A stretch of DNA of 64,000 nucleotides from an uncultured Mageeibacillus sp. GTDB lineage: Bacteria; Bacillota; Clostridia; Saccharofermentanales; UBA5734. The notes under the pieces were generated by a model. It was not told the DNA's origin. It searched no databases and saw nothing but the letters and a program-made list of their open reading frames with translations. The stretch spans positions 10,142-74,141 of the forward strand of contig CAZGSR010000006.1 in the NCBI GenBank assembly GCA_964528645.1. Direction: 5' to 3'. This document shows positions 17,201 to 26,593 of this stretch, piece after piece; position 1 is the first letter of the stretch, and the number at the start of each line of letters is the position of its first letter. The translations under genes were made by a program, and so were the position numbers.

Positions 17201-18459
17201 GGGAAGACCACCTTTCCATCGCATAACGTCATTTTGACCTGACCGCGCAGCATCCAGCCATGGTACGGGGTGTTCCGGGCCTTGCTGGCGGAAGCATTCT
17301 TATCAAACATAAAGGGCTTTTCTAGTTCGACCAGAGCGATATCAGCCGGATAGCCCGGTTCGAGACGGCCCATTCTCTGGTGTAGAAGTTCTGCCGGACG
17401 GGTTGACATTTTTGCCACCAGCTCAGGCAGTGTCAGGTGGCCGGGCAGGACCAGATAGGTGTAGCCGAGGGCGAAAGAGGATTCGAAGCCGATTATACCG
17501 TTATTGGCCAGGCCAAATTCGATCTGTTTTTCATCCGCATGGTGCGGCGCATGATCGGTGCCAATCATGTCGATCGTGCCATCCTTGAGTCCGGCGATGA
17601 TGGCATCCACGTCATCTTGTGTCCGCAGGGGTGGATTCATCTTGGCGCTGGTGTTGAAATCACGGCAGGCTTCCTCAGTCAGGGTGAAATAGTGTGGGCA
17701 GGTCTCACAAGTCACTTTCACACCACGAGCCTTAGCCTGGCGGACCAGTTCGATCGAGCCGGCTGTGCTCAGATGGGCCAGATGGACCGGCAGACCAACA
17801 TATTCGGCAACCAGAATATCCCTGGCAACCATGATCTCCTCAGCAATGGTCGGGATACCCCGCAGACCGAGCTCGAGACTGACCAGCCCTTCATTCATGT
17901 GGCCACCCTCTGCCAATGAGGGTTCTTCACAGTGTGAAATCACGGTTAGATTGAACTGGGCGGCATACTGGATGGCTTTTTTTATCAGGTCGGCCGTCAG
18001 GACCGGTTTGCCGTCATCCGAAATGGCGACGATGCCAGCCTCGGCCATCAGGCCGATTTCGGCCAGTTCCTTGCCATCCTGGTTTTTGCTCACCGCGCCG
18101 ACTGGCAGGACTTTGCAGGCACCTTCACGCTGGGCTTTGTCGATGATGTAGCGCACAATCGCCGGATTGTCGGTGACCGGCTTGGTATTGGGCATGCAGG
18201 CAACGGCTGTGATGCCTCCCCGGACAGCCGCCCGGGTTCCGCTGACAATGTCTTCACGGTATTCAAATCCGGGGTCACGCAGATGGGTATGCGGATCGAC
18301 CAGTCCAGGCAGCACAGCCAGTCCCGTCGCATCGATGACCTGGTCCGGATCACCGCTCATCGCTTCGACGATGACACCATTTTCAATCAGGATGTCCTTT
18401 TCAATTTCTTGCAGACCGACCGGATCGACGACACGTCCGCCGGATATTTTGATTTTCAT
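17194..18459 (-). CDS. pyrC: Dihydroorotase
   Basis: 421 aa. Amidohydrolase motifs VDPHTHLRDPG and GTDHAPH. The start shares 1 nt with the pyrB stop (TGATG). Confidence 0.93.
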   Translation of the reverse strand: MKIKISGGRVVDPVGLQEIEKDILIENGVIVEAMSGDPDQVIDATGLAVLPGLVDPHTHLRDPGFEYREDIVSGTRAAVRGGITAVACMPNTKPVTDNPAIVRYIIDKAQREGACKVLPVGAVSKNQDGKELAEIGLMAEAGIVAISDDGKPVLTADLIKKAIQYAAQFNLTVISHCEEPSLAEGGHMNEGLVSLELGLRGIPTIAEEIMVARDILVAEYVGLPVHLAHLSTAGSIELVRQAKARGVKVTCETCPHYFTLTEEACRDFNTSAKMNPPLRTQDDVDAIIAGLKDGTIDMIGTDHAPHHADEKQIEFGLANNGIIGFESSFALGYTYLVLPGHLTLPELVAKMSTRPAELLHQRMGRLEPGYPADIALVELEKPFMFDKNASASKARNTPYHGWMLRGQVKMTLCDGKVVFPW

Positions 18460-19385
18460 CAGCCATTCCTCCTGGCAGAAAGTAGATACAGGATCGCCAT
18501 TCGCACGGCGACACCATTGGTCACTTGTTCGTTGATCACCGACTGCGAACCATCATAGACGCTGGTGGGCATTTCCACGCCATGGTTGCAGGGTCCGGGA
18601 TGCATCAGGATCGCATCTGGTTTGGCCAGTTGCAGCGTTTGGTCATCGATGGCAAAGAAACGGGCATATTCCCGGATCGATGGGTAGAGCGCTTTTTGCT
18701 GGCGCTCCAGCTGGACCCGCAGGCCCATGACGACATCAGCCCCCCGGACGGCATCCTGCACCGTCGGGCAGACGATGGCCGGAGTTTTGTCGAGGTCTTT
18801 GGGCAGCATGGTGCTGGGCGCTGCCATGCGGACTCTGGCACCCATTTTTTCCAGCGCCCACAAGTTGCTCCGGGCCACCCGGCTGTGCAGCAGGTCGCCG
18901 ACGATCGCCACCTCCAGACCTTGGAGGCTGCCCTTGTGCTGTCGCATGGTGAACAAGTCGAGAAGCGCCTGGGTTGGATGTTCATTCATGCCATCACCGG
19001 CATTGACGACGGAGGCCTTGATCAGCGGGGCGATCATATGCGGCGCGCCGGACTGGCTGTGGCGCATGATCAGGATGTCGGTGGCCATGACGTCGATCGT
19101 CCGGGCGGTATCGATCAGCGATTCACCTTTGTTGATGCTGCTGCCAGATGATGAGATATTGGCCGAGGACGCACCCATGAATTTGGACGCCATCTCAAAG
19201 GACAGGCGCGTCCGGGTGCTGTTCTCATAGAACAGCGTCACGACTGACTTGCCCTGGAGATGAGCTGTTTTCTTGCTGCTGGCCGACAGGACGTGTTTCA
19301 TGGTTTCAGCGGTGTCAAGGATCAGGTTGATTTCCTCTGCTGAAAGTTCCTTGATACCAAGCAAATCTTTGGATCGCAGTTGCAT
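18459..19385 (-). CDS. pyrB: Aspartate carbamoyltransferase catalytic subunit
   Basis: ORF trimmed to ATG 19385 (MQLRSKDLLGIKELSAEEI...), 4 nt after the pyrR stop. Motifs STRTRLSFE, HPTQALLD and HPGP. Confidence 0.93.
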   Translation of the reverse strand: MQLRSKDLLGIKELSAEEINLILDTAETMKHVLSASSKKTAHLQGKSVVTLFYENSTRTRLSFEMASKFMGASSANISSSGSSINKGESLIDTARTIDVMATDILIMRHSQSGAPHMIAPLIKASVVNAGDGMNEHPTQALLDLFTMRQHKGSLQGLEVAIVGDLLHSRVARSNLWALEKMGARVRMAAPSTMLPKDLDKTPAIVCPTVQDAVRGADVVMGLRVQLERQQKALYPSIREYARFFAIDDQTLQLAKPDAILMHPGPCNHGVEMPTSVYDGSQSVINEQVTNGVAVRMAILYLLSARRNG

Positions 19386-19389
19386 CCGC

Positions 19390-20158
<769 letters not shown>

Positions 20159-20169
20159 GCCCTGGTCGA

Positions 20170-20198
20170 TTGACAGGATACGGGAAGCTTGCTAAGAT
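20170..20198 (+). promoter_or_regulatory. Promoter of tRNA-Leu(CAA)
   Basis: TTGACA (20170-20175), 17 nt, TAAGAT (20193-20198). Lies about 25 nt upstream of the mature tRNA 5' end. Confidence 0.6.
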
Positions 20199-20222
20199 TG
20201 ACCAGGTAGTTCAAAAACGCCC

Positions 20223-20309
20223 GGGGATGTGGCGGAACTGGCAGACGCAGCAGACTCAAAATCTGCCGATTGAGAGATCGTAAGGGTTCGATTCCCTTCA
20301 TCCCCACCA
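20223..20309 (+). tRNA. tRNA-Leu (anticodon CAA), class II with long variable arm, CCA encoded
   Basis: Hand-folded cloverleaf. Acceptor GGGGATG/CATCCCC. Anticodon arm GCAGA-CTCAAAA-TCTGC. T arm AAGGG-TTCGATT-CCCTT. 3' ACCA. Confidence 0.9.
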
Positions 20310-20313
20310 AAAA

Positions 20314-20353
20314 AGACCTTGGAATCAGAGAAATGGTTCCAAGGTCTTTTTTT
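20314..20353 (+). terminator. Intrinsic terminator after tRNA-Leu(CAA)
   Basis: AGACCTTGGAA (20314-20324) pairs with TTCCAAGGTCT (20337-20347), followed by a T-run. Confidence 0.8.
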
Positions 20354-20367
20354 CGAAAATTTGATGC

Positions 20368-20397
20368 TTGACAATGCCCTCTCCCTTTCTCTATAAT
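20368..20397 (+). promoter_or_regulatory. Promoter of the tRNA(CAU)-tRNA-Tyr unit
   Basis: TTGACA (20368-20373), 18 nt, TATAAT (20392-20397). Confidence 0.65.
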
Positions 20398-20436
20398 CTC
20401 CCTTGTTGCTGAGGCAAGGTGCCGCGCAAGGCAAAT

Positions 20437-20513
20437 GGGCCATTAGCTCAGTTGGTCAGAGCAGCCGGCTCATAACCGGTCGGTCCGGGGTTCAAGTCCC
20501 TGATGGCCCACCA
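20437..20513 (+). tRNA. tRNA with anticodon CAU (Met-type; resembles the lysidine-modified tRNA-Ile2)
   Basis: Acceptor GGGCCAT/ATGGCCC. Anticodon arm CCGGC-TCATAAC-CGG.. with loop CU-CAU-AA. TTCAAGT T-loop. CCA encoded. Overall similarity to Bacillus tRNA-Ile2(CAU) is from memory only. Confidence 0.85.
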
Positions 20514-20534
20514 CCTCGCATAACAACTACACAT

Positions 20535-20619
20535 GGGGGAATTCCCGAGCGGCCAAAGGGGGCAGACTGTAAATCTGTTGTCACCGACTTCGGTGGTTCG
20601 AATCCACCTTCCCCCACCA
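20535..20619 (+). tRNA. tRNA-Tyr (anticodon GUA), long variable arm, CCA encoded
   Basis: Acceptor GGGGGAA/TTCCCCC. Anticodon loop CT-GTA-AA. T arm GGTGG-TTCGAAT-CCACC. Confidence 0.9.
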
Positions 20620-20624
20620 CAAAA

Positions 20625-20654
20625 AGAACCATCCAGCAGGATGGTTCTTTTTTG
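20625..20654. terminator. Bidirectional intrinsic terminator (tRNA-Tyr on plus, murD on minus)
   Basis: AGAACCATCC-AGCA-GGATGGTTCT is flanked by an A-run upstream and a T-run downstream, so each strand reads a hairpin followed by a U-tract. Confidence 0.8.
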
Positions 20655-20732
20655 TCCCATATTTCTCAAGCGGTTTCCAGCAGATCTGCCCCTTCCCTGG
20701 TCACAGGCCAGGGGCGCCGCTGTCCACAGTAC

Positions 20733-22157
20733 TTATTCCAGCCCATTGACCAGATTCTTGAACAGATTGCCCCGTTCTTCAAAATGGCGGAACTTGTCAA
20801 AACTGGTCCCAGCTGGTGAAAGAACGACGATTTCCCCTGGCTCAGCCAGTGACCGGGCCAAGACCACAGCCTCTTCATAGGAATCAACCCAATGGATGAC
20901 CAGGCTCTCTGGATCGACTTTGGCCATCGGTGCTTCCTGCATCAGGTTGTGATGGATCAGATCTGAATTGTCGCCGCAGAGGATGATCTTGCCGGACACT
21001 TTAGCGATCGCCTCGCCCAGACCGGAATAATCACATTTCTTGTCCTTGCCGCCCGTGATCAGGACCACTTTCTCCTTGCGGTCCCAAAGGGCCTGCATGG
21101 CCGCTTTGGTCCTGGTCGGGCTGGTGTCGATCGAACTATTGTAATAACGCACCCCATCGAGTTCGCGCACCAGCTCGAGCCGGTGTTCCACACCACCAAA
21201 CCGGGTCGCCACGGCCGCCACATGCTCTGGCTGGACGTAACCCTGAGTGGCAGCTGTAGCAGCCAGGTAATTCTCGATGTTGTGTTTGCCCGGAATCACG
21301 ATGTCTTTGATTGCAACGACAGGAATATCCGTGCCTTCACTCCTGATGCAGATCATGCCGTCGACGATCACCACACCCGCAGCCAAGTCGGGATTTTTGC
21401 GGGCAAACAGGACTGTCTCGCCGCGAGCTTCGGGAATCATCGAGCGGGTGACATAATTCTCACTGTTTAGAACCAGACGCCCCATAAAGGACTGGTACAG
21501 GTAGATGTTTTTCTTGGCATCAATGTATTCCTGATAGTCCTTATGGACATCGAGGTGATTGGGAGTGACATTGGTGACGACAGCGACATCTGGGCTCTGC
21601 CGCATGCTGGAGAGCTGGAAACTCGATAATTCCAGCACGACCCTGTCCGTCGGCCGGACCTGGTCAATCCGGTCCAGAAGCGGCGTACCGATATTGCCTC
21701 CCAGGTGGACGGTGTAACCTGCTTCCTTCAGGATCAGGCTGATCAAAGTCGTCGTGGTCGTTTTACCATCCGAACCGGTGATCGCAAAGATCTGAGCCGG
21801 ACAGAGCGCCATGAAAACTTCCATCTCCGAAGTGATGATGGCCCCGCGTTCGCGTTCGGCCAGGAGCTGGGGAACATCCGGGCGCATCTTCGGCGTGCGG
21901 AACACGAGGTCAAATCCAGTGAGGCGGTCGAGATAGTCCGGACCGACGGACCAGTCCAGCTCGATCCCCTCGGCTGCAAAGTCAGCCCGTGTCCGGCTCA
22001 GCACCGGATCATTCTCGGCCAGCATGTCAAAAGCGGTGATACGGGCGCCAAGCGCGTGTATGTAGCGGATCAGAGGGCGGTTGCTGATGCCGACCCCAAG
22101 GACGGCAACCCGCTTGCCACGAATCATGTGTTTGAATTGTTCCAGTTTCTGGTTCAT
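20733..22157 (-). CDS. murD: UDP-N-acetylmuramoyl-L-alanine--D-glutamate ligase
   Basis: ORF trimmed to ATG 22157 (MNQKLEQFKHMIRGKRVAVLGVGISN), with GGAGGG upstream. Mur ligase P-loop ITGSDGKTTTT. Confidence 0.92.
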   Translation of the reverse strand: MNQKLEQFKHMIRGKRVAVLGVGISNRPLIRYIHALGARITAFDMLAENDPVLSRTRADFAAEGIELDWSVGPDYLDRLTGFDLVFRTPKMRPDVPQLLAERERGAIITSEMEVFMALCPAQIFAITGSDGKTTTTTLISLILKEAGYTVHLGGNIGTPLLDRIDQVRPTDRVVLELSSFQLSSMRQSPDVAVVTNVTPNHLDVHKDYQEYIDAKKNIYLYQSFMGRLVLNSENYVTRSMIPEARGETVLFARKNPDLAAGVVIVDGMICIRSEGTDIPVVAIKDIVIPGKHNIENYLAATAATQGYVQPEHVAAVATRFGGVEHRLELVRELDGVRYYNSSIDTSPTRTKAAMQALWDRKEKVVLITGGKDKKCDYSGLGEAIAKVSGKIILCGDNSDLIHHNLMQEAPMAKVDPESLVIHWVDSYEEAVVLARSLAEPGEIVVLSPAGTSFDKFRHFEERGNLFKNLVNGLE

Positions 22158-22202
22158 TTTTTGCCCTCCAAAAATAAGTGCTCTAAAATTATAAATCAGG
22201 AC

Positions 22203-22231
22203 TTGCATTTTGACCATCAGCAGGTTATTAT
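22203..22231 (+). promoter_or_regulatory. Promoter of tRNA-Leu(CAG)
   Basis: TTGCAT (22203-22208), 17 nt, TATTAT (22226-22231). Lies 12 nt before the tRNA 5' end. Confidence 0.5.
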
Positions 22232-22243
22232 AATCAACGTCCC

Positions 22244-22330
22244 GCGGAGATGGCGGAATTGGCAGACGCGCTAGTTTCAGGTACTAGTGATCGAGAGGTC
22301 ATGCAGGTTCAAGTCCTGTTCTCCGCACCA
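22244..22330 (+). tRNA. tRNA-Leu (anticodon CAG), class II, CCA encoded
   Basis: Acceptor GCGGAGA/TCTCCGC. Anticodon arm CTAGT-TTCAGGT-ACTAG. T-loop TTCAAGT. Confidence 0.9.
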
Positions 22331-22335
22331 TCAAG

Positions 22336-22382
22336 AACTGCATCGTTTCGTGTAACAGCGCAACCGATGCAGTTTTTGTTTT
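22336..22382 (+). terminator. Intrinsic terminator after tRNA-Leu(CAG)
   Basis: AACTGCATCG (22336-22345) pairs with CGATGCAGTT (22365-22374), followed by TTTTGTTTT. The loop is fairly large at 19 nt. Confidence 0.55.
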
Positions 22383-22429
22383 ACCAGAGTTTTTCGTGTC
22401 AAAATTATATTTTCAGGGAGGCTGTTGAT

Positions 22430-24934
22430 ATGGCACAAGATTCCAAACCATCTCAACAGCCCTTGGCACTGCCAGTCTTGCCGGTCGCAGTCCGGACCCT
22501 GGCTGAGGCTGTTCATCGCCAGGGTGGGCTCGGCGGGCCTGCTTACGCTTCCGTCAGTGGCGCCGAAGGGACTCGCCTGCACCAGAAGCTGGTCCGGCAT
22601 TATATCGAACGCCTGGGCCAGACCGCTGTCCAGTCGGAATTTCGTCTCAGTGGCGAGGCTATCTGCCAGACTGTTTTACTCCAGGTCAGCGGCCGTTGCG
22701 ACCTCGTGATCCGGGAGGACGGCGAGACAGTCCTGATCGAAGCCAAAAGTTTTGCCGGTTCAGCCCGGTTCTTGCCGGAGCACGGTGACCCGGTCCATTG
22801 GGCTCAGGTCATGCTGTATGCCCACCTTTTCCTGCTCGCGTCAGACCAGGACCAGATCCGCATCGGTCTTTGCTATGTCAGCCAGGAAAATTTTGAACTG
22901 ATTGAGCATCGCCGCACCGAAACCCGGCAAAATCTGCATGACTTTTTCCAGCAGACGGCCGAGCGCTTTGCCAGCCTGGCCAGCCAGATCCTGTCCGGTC
23001 ACAAGCTGCGCGATGAAAGCGCCAAGACTGTCCCCTTCCCTTTTGCGGCTCTTCGGCCAGGCCAGAAACGCCTGATGCAGGAAGTCATTGGTGTCACCCG
23101 GCAAAAAGGCGTGCTTTTTGCCCAGGCACCTACGGGGACTGGCAAGACGCTTTCGGTCTTGTTCCCGGCCATCCGCCTGCTGGCCCACCATCAAATCGAC
23201 CGCGTCTTCTATCTGACCGCCATGTCGTCCACGCGCAAGGTGGCCGAGCAGGCGCTCCATGATTTGCGGACACACGGACTGTTCCTGCGCAGCCTGACCC
23301 TGCGGGCCAAGGAGAAAAGCTGTCTGGCACCCGATTTGTTCTGCAATGTCCGCTTGTGCCCCTATGCCATTGCCTATTACAAGAACCTGCCAGCTGCCCT
23401 GGCCGACTTGCTGAAAACAGGAGGGCATTGCCATCCGGACCAAATCCGGACGATTGCCCAGACTCACCAGGTCTGTCCTTTTGAACTGTCGCTCGACTAT
23501 GCACTCTACTGCGACATCATCATTGGTGACTACAATTATGTCTTTGATCCCAGGATCCAGCTGGACCGGTTTTTCAACAACTCAGACCAGACCCATCTCA
23601 TCCTGGTCGATGAAGCCCACAATTTGCCTGATCGCTCGCGGGACATGTACAGTGCCGATTTTGATTTCAATCTCGTCCAGGAAGCCTTGAGTGTCATCCG
23701 GGACCAACATCCTTATCTGGCCCAGGCACTGGTTCGATTGAGCCAGTACAGAGAACGGCTGGACAGGGAAATCACTCCCCCACAGGCTGAAGGCCAGATC
23801 GAAACGGAGTCAGGCCGGACAGGATTTGCCGCCGTGGAACCGGATCAGCATGGCCGCCTGATGCAGAGTGACCAGTTCCTGGCCATGACCCAGAAACCGC
23901 TGCAGTTGCAAAAACTCCTCGGCCGCGTCATCCATTTCAGCCGCTCGTATCTGGATGATCATGCCGATGAACCTGATGCCAAAAAGGTCCTCGACCTCTT
24001 TTTAGCAGCACATTTTTTCACCAAAGTGGCCGATCTCTTCTATGGCCAGGCTTACATCACGACAGCTTTCCAGGAGGATAAGGGCACTAGGGTTCGTTTG
24101 ATGTGCCTCGATGCCTCCACCTTCCTGACCGACATTTACCGGGACCGCCATCCGGTCATCTTTTTTTCGGCCACACTGAATCCGCTCGATTACTACATCG
24201 GCCTATTGGACAGCGACGCCAGCAGCCGGCAGCCGGAAAAGCTGAGCCTGCCTTCGCCTTTTCCACCGGAAAATTTCCTGGTCCTGCTCGAAACGCGATT
24301 CTCGACCCGCTTCCAGGACCGCACGTCGACCATCGTACCGATTGTCGAGGAAATTCTGGCTGCGGCCCGCACGCGGATCGGTAATTACCTGGTCTTCCTG
24401 CCCTCCTATGCCTACCTGGCCAAGGTGCGCCAGATTCTCAGGATGCAAAAAGACCGCACCGACCTGGATTTCATAGTCCAGGTCCCTGGCATGGATGAAA
24501 ACCAAAAGCAAGCCTTCCTCAACCGGTTCGAGCGTTTCGGCAGCAAAACCTTGATCGGTCTGGCGGTGCTCGGCAGTCTGTTTAACGAGGGCATCGACTT
24601 GACGGGAGAACGGCTCAGCGGTGTCATGATTGTGGGTGTCGGACTGCCCCAGCTGAGCCCAGAACGCGAGATCATGAGCCAGTATTTTTCCAGCCGTCTG
24701 GGACGCGGTTTTGAGTATGCCTACCAGTACCCTGGCTTCAACAAAATCCAGCAGGCCGCAGGACGGGTCATCCGATCGGAAATCGACACCGGGTTTGTGC
24801 TCTTGATCGATGACCGCTATAAAAAGCCGGAATACCAGGCCTTGTTCCCGCAGGAGTGGCAACCAGCCGAGATCGAGGACACGACAGCTCTCATTGAGAT
24901 GCTCAAGGACTTCTGGTCCAGTCACAAATCCTGA
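22430..24934 (+). CDS. Fusion protein: N-terminal RecB/Cas4-like PD-(D/E)XK nuclease domain plus XPD/DinG (Rad3)-family Fe-S DNA helicase
   Basis: ORF 22250-24934 trimmed to ATG 22430; AGGGAGG lies upstream, and the longer ORF would run through tRNA-Leu. Nuclease motifs in order: GTRLHQ, GRCDLV, LIEAKS, QVMLY. Helicase motifs: Walker A AQAPTGTGKT, DEAH box LVDEAHNL, and four Cys (KSCLAPDLFCNVRLCPYA ... HQVCPFE) between motifs I and II as in XPD/DinG. C-terminal QAAGRVIRS. Confidence 0.8.
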   Translation: MAQDSKPSQQPLALPVLPVAVRTLAEAVHRQGGLGGPAYASVSGAEGTRLHQKLVRHYIERLGQTAVQSEFRLSGEAICQTVLLQVSGRCDLVIREDGETVLIEAKSFAGSARFLPEHGDPVHWAQVMLYAHLFLLASDQDQIRIGLCYVSQENFELIEHRRTETRQNLHDFFQQTAERFASLASQILSGHKLRDESAKTVPFPFAALRPGQKRLMQEVIGVTRQKGVLFAQAPTGTGKTLSVLFPAIRLLAHHQIDRVFYLTAMSSTRKVAEQALHDLRTHGLFLRSLTLRAKEKSCLAPDLFCNVRLCPYAIAYYKNLPAALADLLKTGGHCHPDQIRTIAQTHQVCPFELSLDYALYCDIIIGDYNYVFDPRIQLDRFFNNSDQTHLILVDEAHNLPDRSRDMYSADFDFNLVQEALSVIRDQHPYLAQALVRLSQYRERLDREITPPQAEGQIETESGRTGFAAVEPDQHGRLMQSDQFLAMTQKPLQLQKLLGRVIHFSRSYLDDHADEPDAKKVLDLFLAAHFFTKVADLFYGQAYITTAFQEDKGTRVRLMCLDASTFLTDIYRDRHPVIFFSATLNPLDYYIGLLDSDASSRQPEKLSLPSPFPPENFLVLLETRFSTRFQDRTSTIVPIVEEILAAARTRIGNYLVFLPSYAYLAKVRQILRMQKDRTDLDFIVQVPGMDENQKQAFLNRFERFGSKTLIGLAVLGSLFNEGIDLTGERLSGVMIVGVGLPQLSPEREIMSQYFSSRLGRGFEYAYQYPGFNKIQQAAGRVIRSEIDTGFVLLIDDRYKKPEYQALFPQEWQPAEIEDTTALIEMLKDFWSSHKS

Positions 24935-25665
24935 AGCAACGAGAGACGCTGATATTTCTTCTCCATGATGGCAGTCAGATAGCGATCGGAAAACGTTCGG
25001 ACTTCTTGCTTGACGGCATCTGAAACAGAAAAATTAAACAGACGTTCGGCCGGGCTCTGGATAATGTGTTTGAGACAGGCCAGCGCTGGCGCGGAAAGGT
25101 GCAGGACATCCCGGCCCTGGGATGGTCTGTAGTCATCCTGGCAAATGAAACCATGAGCCTGGAAATCGAACCAGCCAGCCGGAAGTGCGCCTCGCCCGCA
25201 CACCTGGCAAACGTCGAGCCGGGGCGTAAATCCGGAAACAGCCAATGCTTTGAGCTGAGCTACATGCACCACCAGAAGTGGATCAGGCTGGCTCAGGATG
25301 GCATGGCACGAATAAGCCCAGAGGATGTACATCCGGTCATCCGAGAGATCATCGCGCACAAGATCATGGAACACTTCAGCCAGATGAGCCGCACAAACCA
25401 GACGGTCCAAGTCCTCGCGCAAGCGCAGGAATGGCTCGACCAGTTCGGCAGCATCGATGGTGGTGCGGCCTTTATAATTAAACAAGGTAAAATCGCTTAG
25501 GGCAAAGATCTGCGTCGCAGCCAGCAACGGACTTTTTACGCGCCTGGATCCCCGGGCCAGGGCTGTCACCAGGCCTCTCTGGGCTGTGAGGATCTCGATC
25601 AGGCGATCTGCCTCACCCAGGTTGACTTCCCTGAGGACAAAACCGCGGACATGCTCGTGGGACAT
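24922..25665 (-). CDS. recO: DNA repair protein RecO
   Basis: 247 aa. OB-fold N-terminus GFVLREVNLGEADRLIEILT. Cys motif CQVCG. Confidence 0.88.
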   Translation of the reverse strand: MSHEHVRGFVLREVNLGEADRLIEILTAQRGLVTALARGSRRVKSPLLAATQIFALSDFTLFNYKGRTTIDAAELVEPFLRLREDLDRLVCAAHLAEVFHDLVRDDLSDDRMYILWAYSCHAILSQPDPLLVVHVAQLKALAVSGFTPRLDVCQVCGRGALPAGWFDFQAHGFICQDDYRPSQGRDVLHLSAPALACLKHIIQSPAERLFNFSVSDAVKQEVRTFSDRYLTAIMEKKYQRLSLLQDL

Positions 25666-25671
25666 TGCTGG

Positions 25672-26592
25672 TCAGGAGTGGTAGCCCAGGTCATTGAGGA
25701 TATTCTGGCGGTTGCGCCAGTCTTCCCTGACCCTGATAAACAAATCGAGGTAGCAGGGGCAGTCCAGCATGGCTTCGATCTCCTTGCGGGCATCGGTTCC
25801 AATCGCTGTCAGCATGCTGCCACGCTTGCCGATGATGATGCCTTTGTGGGTGTCCCGCTCGCACAGGATGGTCGCCTCAATGGTGACCCGGACACGCTCA
25901 CCGGCGTCATCGAATGTTTCCTTGAACGACTCGATCGACACCGCTGTGCCATGGGGAATTTCTTCATGGGTCTTTCTGAGGATCTGCTCCCGGATCAGCT
26001 CGGCTGCAATCATGCGTTCCGTCTGGTCGGTCAGGCTGTCTTCCGGGAAAAAGCGCGGCCCTGGCTGCAGGTGCTTCTTGATTTCCCCAACCAGCACCTC
26101 CATGCCATCGCCAGTCTTGGCACTGACCGGGATGATGGCTGTGAAATCAAAGGCCTGGCTGAAGGCCGCAATCAAAGGCAGAATGGCTTCCTTTTCATTG
26201 ATATCCACTTTGTTGATGACCAGGATAACGGGTTTCTCACTGCCTTTGAGCTGGTTGAGCACTTTTTGCTCCAAATCCAGGACCCGGGGGGAAAAGCCAG
26301 CTTCGATCAGAAGCAGTACAACATCTGATTCTGCCAGGGCCATACGGGCGGACTCTGACATGTAGCGGCCCAGCTTGCTCTTCGGCTGGTGCAGGCCGGG
26401 GGTATCTACGAAAACGATCTGGGCATCTGGCTGGTCGAGGATGGCGCGGATGGCCGTTCGGGTCGTCTGCGGCTTGGGTGATGTGATCGCCAGGCGCTGG
26501 CCAGCCAACTGATTGAGCAGGGTCGATTTGCCGACATTGGGCCGGCCGACGAGGGAAACAAAGCCGGAACGAAATTCGGGTGATGATGTCAT
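25672..26592 (-). CDS. era: GTPase Era
   Basis: 306 aa. G1 GRPNVGKSTLLN, G3 DTPG, G4 NKVD, and a C-terminal KH domain. Confidence 0.95.
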   Translation of the reverse strand: MTSSPEFRSGFVSLVGRPNVGKSTLLNQLAGQRLAITSPKPQTTRTAIRAILDQPDAQIVFVDTPGLHQPKSKLGRYMSESARMALAESDVVLLLIEAGFSPRVLDLEQKVLNQLKGSEKPVILVINKVDINEKEAILPLIAAFSQAFDFTAIIPVSAKTGDGMEVLVGEIKKHLQPGPRFFPEDSLTDQTERMIAAELIREQILRKTHEEIPHGTAVSIESFKETFDDAGERVRVTIEATILCERDTHKGIIIGKRGSMLTAIGTDARKEIEAMLDCPCYLDLFIRVREDWRNRQNILNDLGYHS

Positions 26593-26593
26593 G

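Noticed and set aside
20192-20887. Several 70-140-aa ORFs on both strands between pyrR and murD
   Set aside because: They overlap three well-folded tRNA genes with their promoters and terminators. They are not coding.
22250-22429. N-terminal 60 codons of the 894-aa ORF given in the track
   Set aside because: This part runs straight through tRNA-Leu(CAG) and its terminator. The real start is ATG 22430, which has an AGGGAGG Shine-Dalgarno sequence.
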